From an uncultured Lentisphaerales bacterium (GTDB lineage Bacteria; Verrucomicrobiota; Lentisphaeria; JABSQK01; UBA12247), in assembly GCA_943788985.1 (NCBI GenBank), contig CALSSJ010000041.1, positions 1-55,249 on the forward strand: a stretch of DNA of 55,249 bases, given 5' to 3'. The notes beneath the pieces are model-generated. The model worked only from the letters and a program-made list of their open reading frames with translations, did no database searches and was not told the origin of the DNA. The position numbers were made by a program, and so were the translations under genes. Of this stretch, positions 10,655-19,807 are shown piece by piece. The number at the start of each line of letters is the position of its first letter. Position 1 is the stretch's first letter.

Positions 10655-11341
10655 ATGCCCTCAATGAAAAAGATCCTCCTCCTCGCTCGAGTTGTGCGCC
10701 GTCACCAAGCAATACGCTGGTGCCAATGCCACCATCGTCGCGGTCGATGGTGTCGACCTTGCCTTGAGCCGCGGCCAGTTTGTCGCGCTGCATGGCCCCA
10801 GCGGCTGTGGAAAGTCTACCTTGATGCTCAGGCCGGTTCCTTGCTCGGGCCAAACAGCGGATCGGTCACGATCTGCGGCCAGCGGCCCTACGAGCTATCC
10901 AGTGAAGCGCGCGCCGCCTTTCGGGCCCGCCACGTAGGCTTCGTCTTTCAGAGATTTCACCTTATTCCGTACCTGCGCGTCCTCGAAAATCTGCTGACAC
11001 CAACCCTGGCCCTGGGAATCGACCATGCCGAACAGCGCGCGGCTGAACTCCTTGAGCAGTTCGGCTTGAGCCAGCGGAAGAATCATCGCCCCGAGGCACT
11101 CAGCGTGGGGAAGCAACAGCGAGTGGCGCTGGCCCGTGCTCTGCTGCCGAAGCCGGAATTGGTACTAGCAGACGAGCCCACCGGAAATCTCGACGAAGCC
11201 AATTCCACGGCGGTTCTAGATGTGCTGGCTAGCTACGCAGCATCAGGCCATACAGTCCTGATGGTCAACCACGATCCCCAAGCGCGCGATCGTGCGAATC
11301 GCCGAATCGCGATGGCCGCCGGAAAACTTACGCCCGAATAG
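10655..11341 (+). pseudogene. LolD/MacB-type ABC transporter ATP-binding protein, frameshifted and orphan
   Basis: Walker A GPSGCGKST is in one frame. GFVFQRFHLIP, LSVGKQQRVALARAL and LADEPTGNLD are in another, with the shift near 10829. The H-loop is the atypical VNHD, and no permease gene is adjacent. Confidence 0.75.
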
Positions 11342-11424
11342 CCCCAGGATGGCCCACCCAATTGTTGACAAGCCGGTCGGCTTCGTTAAGGTTCGCATTT
11401 AATTCGCATAGAGCGGGACCTCTC

Positions 11425-12171
11425 ATGACCAGCACGTACTTATCAGCGCGCCATACCCTGTGCCTTGGCCTTCTTTTCTGCCTCCCCGTCTTTGCACAGG
11501 AAGAAACTGCGGTAACCGACCCCAAGATCGAACTGCAAGCCCTACTAAGGGAGGGCGGTACACCGATGATGCTGCTCATGCTTTTATCGGTTTTTGCAAC
11601 CTTCATGGTCGTCTACTATTTCCTCACACTTCGCATTAATTTGCTGATGCCCCGGGCGTTTCACATGGAAGCAGCCGAACTGGCCTCACGCGGAGATTCG
11701 CTGGCACTGTCCGCCGTGTGCGCCGAGAGCGGCTGCGCTGGTGCTCGCATTGTGGGCTCGGCTGCGAGAATGCTCAGTGAGAATCCAAACGCGGACTTCC
11801 AATCGCTTCGGGATGCTTTGGAAGACGAAGGTAGCCGCCAGGCCGCCGCCCTGTGGCAGCGGATTCACTATCTGCTTGACTGTGCGGTTGTGGCTCCAAT
11901 GCTTGGCCTGCTCGGTACGGTTCTCGGTATGATGGAGTCATTTCATGGCTTGGCTGAAGACTTTGGCTCTGTGAAGCCTGCCGTGCTGGCCTCCGGGGTA
12001 TCTCAAGCATTGGTAACTACCGCCGGCGGGATGTGTGTCGGCATTGTCGGCATGGTGTTGTACGCCTATTTCCGCGGCCGCGTGACCTCACTAATCGCCC
12101 AGCTGGAAGAACGCTGCAACCTGGTACTGCAGCGCCTCTATGCCACGACCCATCGTCAGCAGAAACCATGA
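11425..12171 (+). CDS. MotA/TolQ/ExbB proton channel protein
   Basis: Motifs APMLGLLGTVLGMM.SF and GVSQALVTTAGG. Signal-like N-terminus from ATG 11425. Confidence 0.92.
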   Translation: MTSTYLSARHTLCLGLLFCLPVFAQEETAVTDPKIELQALLREGGTPMMLLMLLSVFATFMVVYYFLTLRINLLMPRAFHMEAAELASRGDSLALSAVCAESGCAGARIVGSAARMLSENPNADFQSLRDALEDEGSRQAAALWQRIHYLLDCAVVAPMLGLLGTVLGMMESFHGLAEDFGSVKPAVLASGVSQALVTTAGGMCVGIVGMVLYAYFRGRVTSLIAQLEERCNLVLQRLYATTHRQQKP

Positions 12172-12599
12172 ACTTTCGCAAGAACATTCAGCAGCAGGAG
12201 ACGGGCTTTCAAATGGCTCCGATGGTGGACGTCGTCTTCCTCCTCCTGCTATTTTTCATGGTAGCCTCGGTCTATGCGCAGTGGGAGACTAAGATCGGAA
12301 TCGAAGTGCCAACCGCGGGCGACGCCGACGCGCGGACGCCGCAGGAAATCCTGATCAACATAGACAAGGAGGGCCAGTTGTGGGTTAACGGCTTCATCCT
12401 CTCGCGTTTTATGTTGGAGAGCAATCTCAAGAAGATGTCCCGGATTCGCAGTGGCCAGCCGATCATTATCCGGGCGGATAAGAAGACGGATTACGAGCAC
12501 GTCATCTCGGTGCTAGATATGTGCCGACAGGCGGATATCTGGAACGTGTCTTTTGCCACGCTTCCGCCCAAGAAAAACGCGGTAGCACCCACGCCGTGA
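12168..12599 (+). CDS. ExbD/TolR biopolymer transport protein
   Basis: Motifs MAPMVDVVFLLLLFFMV and IIIRADKKTDYEHVISVLD. ATGA overlap with the exbB-like gene. Confidence 0.92.
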   Translation: MNFRKNIQQQETGFQMAPMVDVVFLLLLFFMVASVYAQWETKIGIEVPTAGDADARTPQEILINIDKEGQLWVNGFILSRFMLESNLKKMSRIRSGQPIIIRADKKTDYEHVISVLDMCRQADIWNVSFATLPPKKNAVAPTP

Positions 12600-15004
12600 C
12601 TGCGTTCCGCCTGCTTCTTGCGCTAGCCGCCATAGCTACTACGCTCCCTGCGCAGGATCCGACTGAGCCGGGCGACGCTCTGTTCAAGAATGGCGAGGAA
12701 GCCTATCGCTTCGCCGAAGGGTACTACCGCCGCCACCACTACGATCGAGCCGCTGCGCAATTTGAACAGGTCGTGCAGACCTTTCCCGAGTTCGATAAAC
12801 GGGACAAGGCGTGCTTCCTCTGGGCGGAGTCCCTGAGGCTGGGCAAGAAATTCGATCTGGCCGGGCGCGTCTATGTCACGGTCGTCCAGAGTTTTCCCGA
12901 AAGCGAGTACGCGCCACGCTCTTCAGTCGTGCTCGGCAGCCTGCTCCTGAAAGAAGGTAAAGTAGATGACGCCATTGTCGTGCTCGATATGGGCATGGAG
13001 CTTAAGCCACCGGAGCAATATCGAGAGGATTTGAACTACTTTCTGGGCGTAGCCAAGCACCGCAAAGGGGAGGTGGCAGCCGCTCTGAAGCATTTTGCTC
13101 TTCTGCCCGGTGAATTCGACGCCGAGCATGCCTACCGCGCGCATGCCCGCCTCAACACCGGCTATCTGCAGCGATCTGCCGGCAAGGATGACGAAGCTAA
13201 GACGGCTTTTGCCTCACTGATCAAAGACGATGGCGTGGCACCCAAGGTGATCGAGGAAGCGCTCTCGCAGCTTGCGGATATCGCCTTTGCCGCAAGTGAC
13301 CACGAAGAAGCCGTTCGCTACTACCGGCAGCAGCTCGATGCCTACCCCTTGGGCGCCTTCGCAAACCGCGGCATGGTCGAACTGAGCTGGAGCCTGTACC
13401 ACCTCGAGCGCTACCAGGAAGTAATCGAACTGCTCAAGGACCAGGCTAATATTTCCACCGAAGATACGCTCTACCTCCTCGGCAGTAGCAGCAAGCAACT
13501 CGGCCAATACGAGGCCGCAATTGCCAGGTTTCAAGAGATGCAAAAGGCTTACCCCGATGGGCGCTTGGGAAAGCTCGCCAAGTTTGACCTGATTGAGTGC
13601 GCCTTCCGCCTCAAGCGCTTTGAAGAAGCAATTGCCAAAGCCAAGCAATTTCTCGAGCAGCACGCCAATCACAAGCAGGCTTCCGACGCCGCCTACTTTC
13701 TTGCCCACAGCCTGACCGAAGCCGGGCAACTCGATGAGGCAGCAAGCCAGTTCGAAACGCTCTACGAGCGCTACGGCGATACCTGGGAGTACCGTGAAGA
13801 TACATTGTTCATCTTGGCCGACATCTATTCAAAGCTGAATCGGCCAGAGGACTCCGCCGCTGCCCTCCGCCGGGTCATGGCCGTAGATTCCTCCAAACAA
13901 AGAGACCGCGCCTTGCTGCTGGCCGCCGAAGCCGCTCAGAATGCCGCCAATCTCGACGCTGCTATTGCCGACTACCGGCGCTTCCTTAAAGAGTTTCCAA
14001 AGAGTGAGCTGTTGCCAACTGCCATGCTCCAACTGGCGGACTTGCTCATGCGTCGCGAGGACAAGAGCGCTGCCGAAGTCCTGACCTCCTTTCTCGAGGC
14101 TTTTCCCGAGCACGCCTTTGTGCCAAGGGCCTACTACCTGCGTGGCAATCTCCAATACAACGAAAACCAGTTCGCAACGGGCATCTCCGACTTTCGCCGG
14201 GCAATCGATTACCCGAACTTTCCCGAGCGAGACTTCGCACAGTTGATGCTGGCATACAGCCTTTGGGAACTCGGTATCCGCAACGACAGCCCCGACGCCG
14301 GGAAAGAAGCGCTCAAGATTTTTGCCGAGCTGATCGAAATCGAATCACTCAGCCAGGACTTCGTACCCGAGCTGCTGCAGGTCATCGGCGAGAAGTACGT
14401 GGAGCTGAATAACCTTGGCGCCGCGGAGCGCTGCTTTGACATGCTCAGCGCTCACGAGAATGAGCAGATCGCACTCCAGGGACTGCTAGGCAAAGGCAAG
14501 ATCGCCTTCGGCCGTGAGCAATTTGATGACGCACGAGTGGCCTTTAACGAAGTGCGTACCCGAGCCGCCGATGATCGCGAATTACTGAGCGAAGCTATCT
14601 CCTACCTCGGTGAAACTCTGCGCCGTCAATCCCGCATCTCAGAAGCGCACGTCGTCCTTCGGGACGGGTTGGACCTAGATATCAGGAACACCACCACTAA
14701 GTCCCGGCTGCTGCTCTCGTTGGCACATGTGCTGCTCGCAGAAAACGACGAAGAGCGCGCCGTGGACTACGCCTCCAGTGTCTACTTTGTCTACCACGAT
14801 CCAGTGATGGCACCAGAGGCCATGCTCCTAACCCTCTCCATTCAGCTCCGCCGTGGAGAGCATAAAGAAGCCTGCGCCGTTGTCGCAGAACTCACAGATC
14901 GGTTTCCCGGTGCTTGGGCCTCTTTCCAAAATCGCCCGGATAACGCACAGCTGGTCGAGCAGATTCAGACAGCCTGTGAAAAACCCGCAGCCCCAACTCC
15001 CTGA
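12596..15004 (+). CDS. Periplasmic tetratricopeptide-repeat protein (BamD/CpoB-like repeats)
   Basis: GTGA overlap start and a signal peptide (VTAFRLLLALAAIATTLPAQ). Many repeats of the form 'A...F..V...FP.S.....A'. Confidence 0.85.
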   Translation: MTAFRLLLALAAIATTLPAQDPTEPGDALFKNGEEAYRFAEGYYRRHHYDRAAAQFEQVVQTFPEFDKRDKACFLWAESLRLGKKFDLAGRVYVTVVQSFPESEYAPRSSVVLGSLLLKEGKVDDAIVVLDMGMELKPPEQYREDLNYFLGVAKHRKGEVAAALKHFALLPGEFDAEHAYRAHARLNTGYLQRSAGKDDEAKTAFASLIKDDGVAPKVIEEALSQLADIAFAASDHEEAVRYYRQQLDAYPLGAFANRGMVELSWSLYHLERYQEVIELLKDQANISTEDTLYLLGSSSKQLGQYEAAIARFQEMQKAYPDGRLGKLAKFDLIECAFRLKRFEEAIAKAKQFLEQHANHKQASDAAYFLAHSLTEAGQLDEAASQFETLYERYGDTWEYREDTLFILADIYSKLNRPEDSAAALRRVMAVDSSKQRDRALLLAAEAAQNAANLDAAIADYRRFLKEFPKSELLPTAMLQLADLLMRREDKSAAEVLTSFLEAFPEHAFVPRAYYLRGNLQYNENQFATGISDFRRAIDYPNFPERDFAQLMLAYSLWELGIRNDSPDAGKEALKIFAELIEIESLSQDFVPELLQVIGEKYVELNNLGAAERCFDMLSAHENEQIALQGLLGKGKIAFGREQFDDARVAFNEVRTRAADDRELLSEAISYLGETLRRQSRISEAHVVLRDGLDLDIRNTTTKSRLLLSLAHVLLAENDEERAVDYASSVYFVYHDPVMAPEAMLLTLSIQLRRGEHKEACAVVAELTDRFPGAWASFQNRPDNAQLVEQIQTACEKPAAPTP

Positions 15005-15015
15005 GACGGGCTGTC

Positions 15016-15726
15016 TTGAACGTTCTAGTCACCAACGACGACGGGATCGATGCCGCAGGGCTGCGCCTTCTGGTCCTTGCTCTCGCAGATCTTGGCCATG
15101 ACGTGTACGTCATCGCGCCAGATACCTGTCACAGCGCGGGAAGCATGCGCATCACAGTCGGGCCAAAGCTCACTGTCACCTCGCGCGACGTGGCCGGTGC
15201 CACCGCTGCCATGGCTACCAGTGGCACGCCTGTGGACTGCGTCAAATTAGCTCTGACCGTGCTCGATATTCCACGCCCCGACCTGCTCGTCTCTGGCATC
15301 AACTTTGGCCTGAACGTCGCCCGCGACCTACTTTATTCGGGAACCGTGGGCGCTGCCCTCGAAGGCGCTGACTCCTCCCTCCCGTCCATTGCGATCTCCG
15401 CAGAGCGCAGCTCGGAAGGCGATGTCATCTATGAACAGGCGGCAACTACGCTGAGCGACGCCTTTCCCCGTATCTGGAACCGGATCCAGCTCGGGACGCG
15501 ACGCGAGTTCGTCAACATCAACGTTCCGATGACGCCCATGAAGGGCGTGCGCTGGACCCGAGTGAGCGAAGGAAGCTACTTCGTCGACGGCTACGACGTC
15601 CAAGACGGAACCTACCAGCTCAACGGCCCACGCACACACGCTGAGCAGGACATCGACACAGACCTGGGAGCCATCGAGGCTGGCTACGCTTCCATCAGCT
15701 TTGTCCGCCATCGCTGGGAAAGCTAA
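15016..15726 (+). CDS. surE: 5'/3'-nucleotidase SurE
   Basis: Motifs VLVTNDDGIDAAGL, GTPVDCV and PDLLVSGINFGLNV..DLLYSGTVGAALEG. Confidence 0.95.
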   Translation: MNVLVTNDDGIDAAGLRLLVLALADLGHDVYVIAPDTCHSAGSMRITVGPKLTVTSRDVAGATAAMATSGTPVDCVKLALTVLDIPRPDLLVSGINFGLNVARDLLYSGTVGAALEGADSSLPSIAISAERSSEGDVIYEQAATTLSDAFPRIWNRIQLGTRREFVNINVPMTPMKGVRWTRVSEGSYFVDGYDVQDGTYQLNGPRTHAEQDIDTDLGAIEAGYASISFVRHRWES

Positions 15727-15730
15727 GCGG

Positions 15731-15760
15731 CACTTCTGCCGGATTGATCCGGCAGAAGTG
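15731..15760. terminator. Perfect 14-bp inverted repeat after surE (terminator-like hairpin)
   Basis: CACTTCTGCCGGAT-TG-ATCCGGCAGAAGTG, 5 bp after the surE stop and between convergent genes. The U-tract is weak. Confidence 0.6.
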
Positions 15761-15910
15761 AGCTTCACTTTGGGGGCATTGCAGAAAGGGAGCAGGCTCC
15801 GAATGCCCGATCAATCCCGCGCTCCCAGTAGGCGCTTCCCAGTTCGGGAGAGGATCAGGAGGCGAAAAACAGTTGCCCCGTCTTGCCCCCTGATCTCAGA
15901 CCACCGTTTC

Positions 15911-16603
15911 TTAGTCGTCCGAAGACATGAACAGCCGTAGCACGTACCAGAACATCATTGCGACTGAAGCAAACAGCTGCAACGCTGCGCCCACATGGCG
16001 ATCTTCCGGGTAGTGATGCAGAATATTGGACGTGTCGTATAGGATGGCGCAGCCCGCCAAAGCCACCATCGCCACCGAGAACCAAGTGCCCATCTGAAAG
16101 CCAAAGATGACGCTGGCCACGATTCCGACCAGGGCTACCACAAATCCCCAGACCAGCACGCTGCGCAGGAACGAGAAGTCTTTCCGCGTGATCAGGGCGA
16201 CTGCAGTAAGCGCACCAAAGCCCAAGAGCGTGGTGATCGCTGCGGATTCAATCACGCCACCGGCCATTCTCTCCGCGATGAAAAGCATCGGGACAAAGAT
16301 CAAAGCTTGCGCCAAAACGAAGCCGCCCAACGCTGCATACTGCGCAAGCACGGACTCCGCACTATGCGCCAGCCGGCTCGCAAACCATGACACCACCATA
16401 AAGGCACCCAGAATCGCCAACCAAGGAATGCTTACCATCGCCTGAGCGATTGGTCTCGCCAGACCCGAACTGAATAGCCCGACCTCAATCAGCGTGAAGG
16501 CCCCGATGGCGCCAAAGAGATGCACGTACGTGCGTGTAATGAAGGCCGCGCGGGCATCCTCGCTCAATGCCGATACCGGGATGCCCATTGTTGCTGTGTT
16601 CAT
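15911..16603 (-). CDS. Bax inhibitor-1/YccA family membrane protein
   Basis: Seven hydrophobic segments, with RAAFITRTYVHL, TRKDFSFL and ILYDTSNI...AALQLFASV. Confidence 0.9.
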   Translation of the reverse strand: MNTATMGIPVSALSEDARAAFITRTYVHLFGAIGAFTLIEVGLFSSGLARPIAQAMVSIPWLAILGAFMVVSWFASRLAHSAESVLAQYAALGGFVLAQALIFVPMLFIAERMAGGVIESAAITTLLGFGALTAVALITRKDFSFLRSVLVWGFVVALVGIVASVIFGFQMGTWFSVAMVALAGCAILYDTSNILHHYPEDRHVGAALQLFASVAMMFWYVLRLFMSSDD

Positions 16604-16793
16604 CGTCTCTCACTTTAATCTACGGCTGCAAGCGGAGGTGTACATCTATCGTGCAACCAAACAATGTCAATCAATGTTATGATGGGAATCGAAAGGGAAA
16701 GAAGTTGCCGGAGTTGCCTGTTGACATCTGCTCACGCACCTCTATTGGTATCGGTTTGCCAATTTCCTTGTGATCCCATATGGAGTTTCGTCT

Positions 16794-17006
16794 GTGAATA
16801 ACGACTACGTCAAGCAGGCCATTAAGAAAGTTCCGGACCGTCTCGTTCTGGTTCGTATTGCATCTGAGCGCGCGAAAGACCTGGCTCGCGGAGCCGGAGC
16901 GCTTGTAGAAACCCTTCCCGCCGAGAAGGGCTGCTACCTCGATATCGCGCTGAAGGAAATTGGTGCTGGTAAGATTATCGTAGATCCGGCCTCGCTGGAA
17001 GCATAG
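16794..17006 (+). CDS. rpoZ: RNA polymerase omega subunit
   Basis: GTG start after GGAG. LVLVRIASERAKDLARGA..LV...LDIALKEI..GKI matches the short omega pattern. Confidence 0.8.
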   Translation: MNNDYVKQAIKKVPDRLVLVRIASERAKDLARGAGALVETLPAEKGCYLDIALKEIGAGKIIVDPASLEA

Positions 17007-17034
17007 GCTTTTTCGCCACCAGCGACTCTCTATC

Positions 17035-18195
17035 ATGGATGTTTCCCCTACACTACCACCCGGGTTTCGGGCGGCTGGCCTGTGCTGTGGGCTCAAGGAC
17101 GACGGCGCCTTTGATCTAGGCCTGATCCTAGCAGACCAGCCCTGCACCGCTGCCGCGGTCTTTACGAGGAATCACTTCCCGGGTGCGCCTGTGCTATTAG
17201 GCCGCGAGACCATTCGCGGCGGCGTCCTGCAGGCCATCGTGGTCAACAGCAAGGTAAGCAACGTTGGCATGGGGGAACCCGGCCTCGTCAACGCCAGCCG
17301 GATGGCGCACGCCGTCGCAGAGAACTACCAAGTCGATCCTGGCCACGTTCTGGTCAGTTCGACCGGCGTGATTCTCCAGCGGTTGCCGATCTCCAAAATT
17401 GAGGCGGGAATCGCAGCCTGCGCGGACCTGCTCGGCCCCGACCCGCTGCCGGCCGCGCGCGGCATGATGACCACAGATAGCTATGCTAAGGCCGTGACTG
17501 TAAAGGCGGGCGAAGCGACGATAACCGTCCTCGCCAAGGGCGCAGGCATGGTCGCACCTGACATGGCCACCATGCTGGTCTATGCGCTTACTGATGCCAC
17601 GTTCTCGAGCTCTGAGCTTGACGCACTGCTGCGCGAGACAGTCGACCAGACCCTGAACATGCTTTCGATCGATACCGACACCAGTACCTCGGACACCTGT
17701 GCGATCCTCGCAAGTGGCCGCGTATCCGTAGACCGTACGGAGTTCGCAACTGCCCTCCACAACGCCTTCGTCCAAGTCACCGAGATGCTCGCCCGTGACG
17801 CAGAAGGAGCGACTAAGCTGCTCCGAGCAGTCGTCACCGGTGCGAACTCGGCAGCTGATGCCAAGACGTTCGCCAAGGCCTTGATCGACTCTCCCCTGAT
17901 CAAGACCATGGCCTACGGTGCCGACCCCAATGTCGGCCGGGTCTTGATGGCCATCGGCAAGTGCGTGACCTGCGAGATTGCTGCAGACGCCGTCCAGATC
18001 ACCATCAATGGCACTGTTGTCTATGGCGAAGGAAAGCGCACCGATTTCGATGAAGAGGCGATGCGCAACTCATTGAGCGGTGACCCGGTGGAGATCTCCG
18101 TGCTCGTGAACCACGGCCCTCATCAAGCAACTGCCTACGGCTGCGATCTCACGGAAAGCTACATCACCGAGAACGCAGCCTACTACTCATCCTGA
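17035..18195 (+). CDS. argJ: Bifunctional ornithine acetyltransferase/N-acetylglutamate synthase
   Basis: Motifs LP.GFRAAG, SSTGVI, MMTTD, AKGAGMVAPDMATML, DTDTSTSDT, LARDAEGATK, DPNVGR and GCDLT..YI.ENAAYYS. Confidence 0.95.
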   Translation: MDVSPTLPPGFRAAGLCCGLKDDGAFDLGLILADQPCTAAAVFTRNHFPGAPVLLGRETIRGGVLQAIVVNSKVSNVGMGEPGLVNASRMAHAVAENYQVDPGHVLVSSTGVILQRLPISKIEAGIAACADLLGPDPLPAARGMMTTDSYAKAVTVKAGEATITVLAKGAGMVAPDMATMLVYALTDATFSSSELDALLRETVDQTLNMLSIDTDTSTSDTCAILASGRVSVDRTEFATALHNAFVQVTEMLARDAEGATKLLRAVVTGANSAADAKTFAKALIDSPLIKTMAYGADPNVGRVLMAIGKCVTCEIAADAVQITINGTVVYGEGKRTDFDEEAMRNSLSGDPVEISVLVNHGPHQATAYGCDLTESYITENAAYYSS

Positions 18196-18514
18196 CACGG
18201 AAAAACCCGGCCGGATGAATCCGACCGAGCCCAGATCGGAGACCAATCAATCGTACCGGCATTGACTGCCAAATGTCTGGAATCTGAAGACCTTTAGAAG
18301 AGGCGGTAGGGACGTGAAATCTTGAGAATCCTCGTGAAAGATCGACGCTTTTCATTCGTTGAGAGCGCTTCGCTCGACGCACGCGAGCCGGCGATTGCTG
18401 AAATACAGCATTAGTAGATCACTGAGGTTTACGAGCTCCCTCGAATCGGTCCAAGGAAAATTGCACCATTTTGTGCCGATAACGAGCGGACCCCGTACCC
18501 CACAGTGTTGCGAA

Positions 18515-19690
18515 CTACTTTGTGATTCCGAGAGCGGCGCGGATCTTGCCGGTCACGCGTCCACTGAGCTTGATGGAACCGGGCTTCGAGAAATGAACGT
18601 TCTTGGGGAGCAGCAGCTTCTCCATCTGAGGCTCGACAAAGGCATGCAGGTCATTGATCTGAATGCCATTCTCGGCCATGATTCCGGCAGCAATTTCATT
18701 GTAGACCGAGACTTGGTCGGCGCGGCGAAGTGGGCCACTAGGCTTGTCTGGATACGGGGTGGTGTTGGCAAAGATCAGGTGCGCGCCCGTCTCCTTCAGG
18801 ACTTTGACGACCTCCCGCAGATTCTCCGCGTAGGCATCGGGTGATGCCTGCTGCGGATGACTCTCATCGGTGGAGTTTTTCCCGGTGTCCGGGTGCACGT
18901 GTTTGAGGTCATGAAGGCCGAAGTTGAAATGGATCACGTCCCACTTGGTATCGCCAAGCCAACGGCTGACGTGCTCGCGGGCATAGGTGGTCCCGCCGCA
19001 GTTCTCAGCCTTGGCCCCCTTCATGGGGCGCGTGATATTAGCCTCGCCCGTCATGCCTCTGGTGACAATAGGCGTGTAGCCGATCGAGATCGAGTCTCCG
19101 AGAATTAGGACATTGGCCAGCTCCGGATCAAAGTCGGCGACCGAGGTTGCGACAGTCATGCTCCCCTTCTTTGCTGCGGGCTTCTTTGGGGCCTTCTTAT
19201 TGGCAGACTGTTGCTTCTGTTGGCCAGCCTTGGCTTTTCCCTTGGCTTTGCCCTTTCCTTTCGCTTGAGCTTTGGGTTTGGGGGTGGCGGTCGGCATTGG
19301 TTTGCCATCAAGTGCTTTCATGCCGGTGACCTTAATCTTTGCGAACCTGATCTGGTCATTGTCTCGAGCCTGGGCCTGGCCAGTGAAACTCAGCTGTATC
19401 TTGCGGCCAGCCAGCTTGGCTGTAGGAATCTTGTTCACGACATTGGGCAGGTCAATGGGCCACAGTTTGGTCTTTCCGAAGCTCTGGTCCGGCTTGAAAT
19501 AGGCGAGAGCAGCGGCGACCTCGACGACACCCTTAAGGGCAAAGGTTCTCTTGTTTAGCAAGGTCTTGCCCTTGGCTGACACACTCGCGGCTGGGCCGCC
19601 ATTTGGCTGCTTCTTCTTTGCGGCTTCGGCCGAGGCGACGATCAGGCAGAGAGCGGCAAGGATGGTGAGGGCACGGGTAGTGAGGCGCAT
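18515..19690 (-). CDS. Secreted SGNH/GDSL hydrolase with N-terminal extension
   Basis: Signal peptide from ATG 19690 and a Lys-rich linker. Motifs VLILGDSISIGY, WDVIHFNFGLHDL and NVHF. Confidence 0.85.
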   Translation of the reverse strand: MRLTTRALTILAALCLIVASAEAAKKKQPNGGPAASVSAKGKTLLNKRTFALKGVVEVAAALAYFKPDQSFGKTKLWPIDLPNVVNKIPTAKLAGRKIQLSFTGQAQARDNDQIRFAKIKVTGMKALDGKPMPTATPKPKAQAKGKGKAKGKAKAGQQKQQSANKKAPKKPAAKKGSMTVATSVADFDPELANVLILGDSISIGYTPIVTRGMTGEANITRPMKGAKAENCGGTTYAREHVSRWLGDTKWDVIHFNFGLHDLKHVHPDTGKNSTDESHPQQASPDAYAENLREVVKVLKETGAHLIFANTTPYPDKPSGPLRRADQVSVYNEIAAGIMAENGIQINDLHAFVEPQMEKLLLPKNVHFSKPGSIKLSGRVTGKIRAALGITK

Positions 19691-19807
19691 GGGGAAGCTC
19701 CGTTTGGCTTTGGCACAGGGTGGTGAAGTTTGGCGGTTCTGAGGCTGGAGGGGCAAGTAGGAGTGCTTGGCTTAAGAATAGGGCATCCGACAGGATGCTT
19801 GGTCCTA

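Noticed and set aside
16721..16755. Sigma70 promoter for rpoZ-argJ (TTGACA at 16721)
   Set aside because: The -35 is perfect, but there is no convincing -10 hexamer at 16-18 bp spacing.
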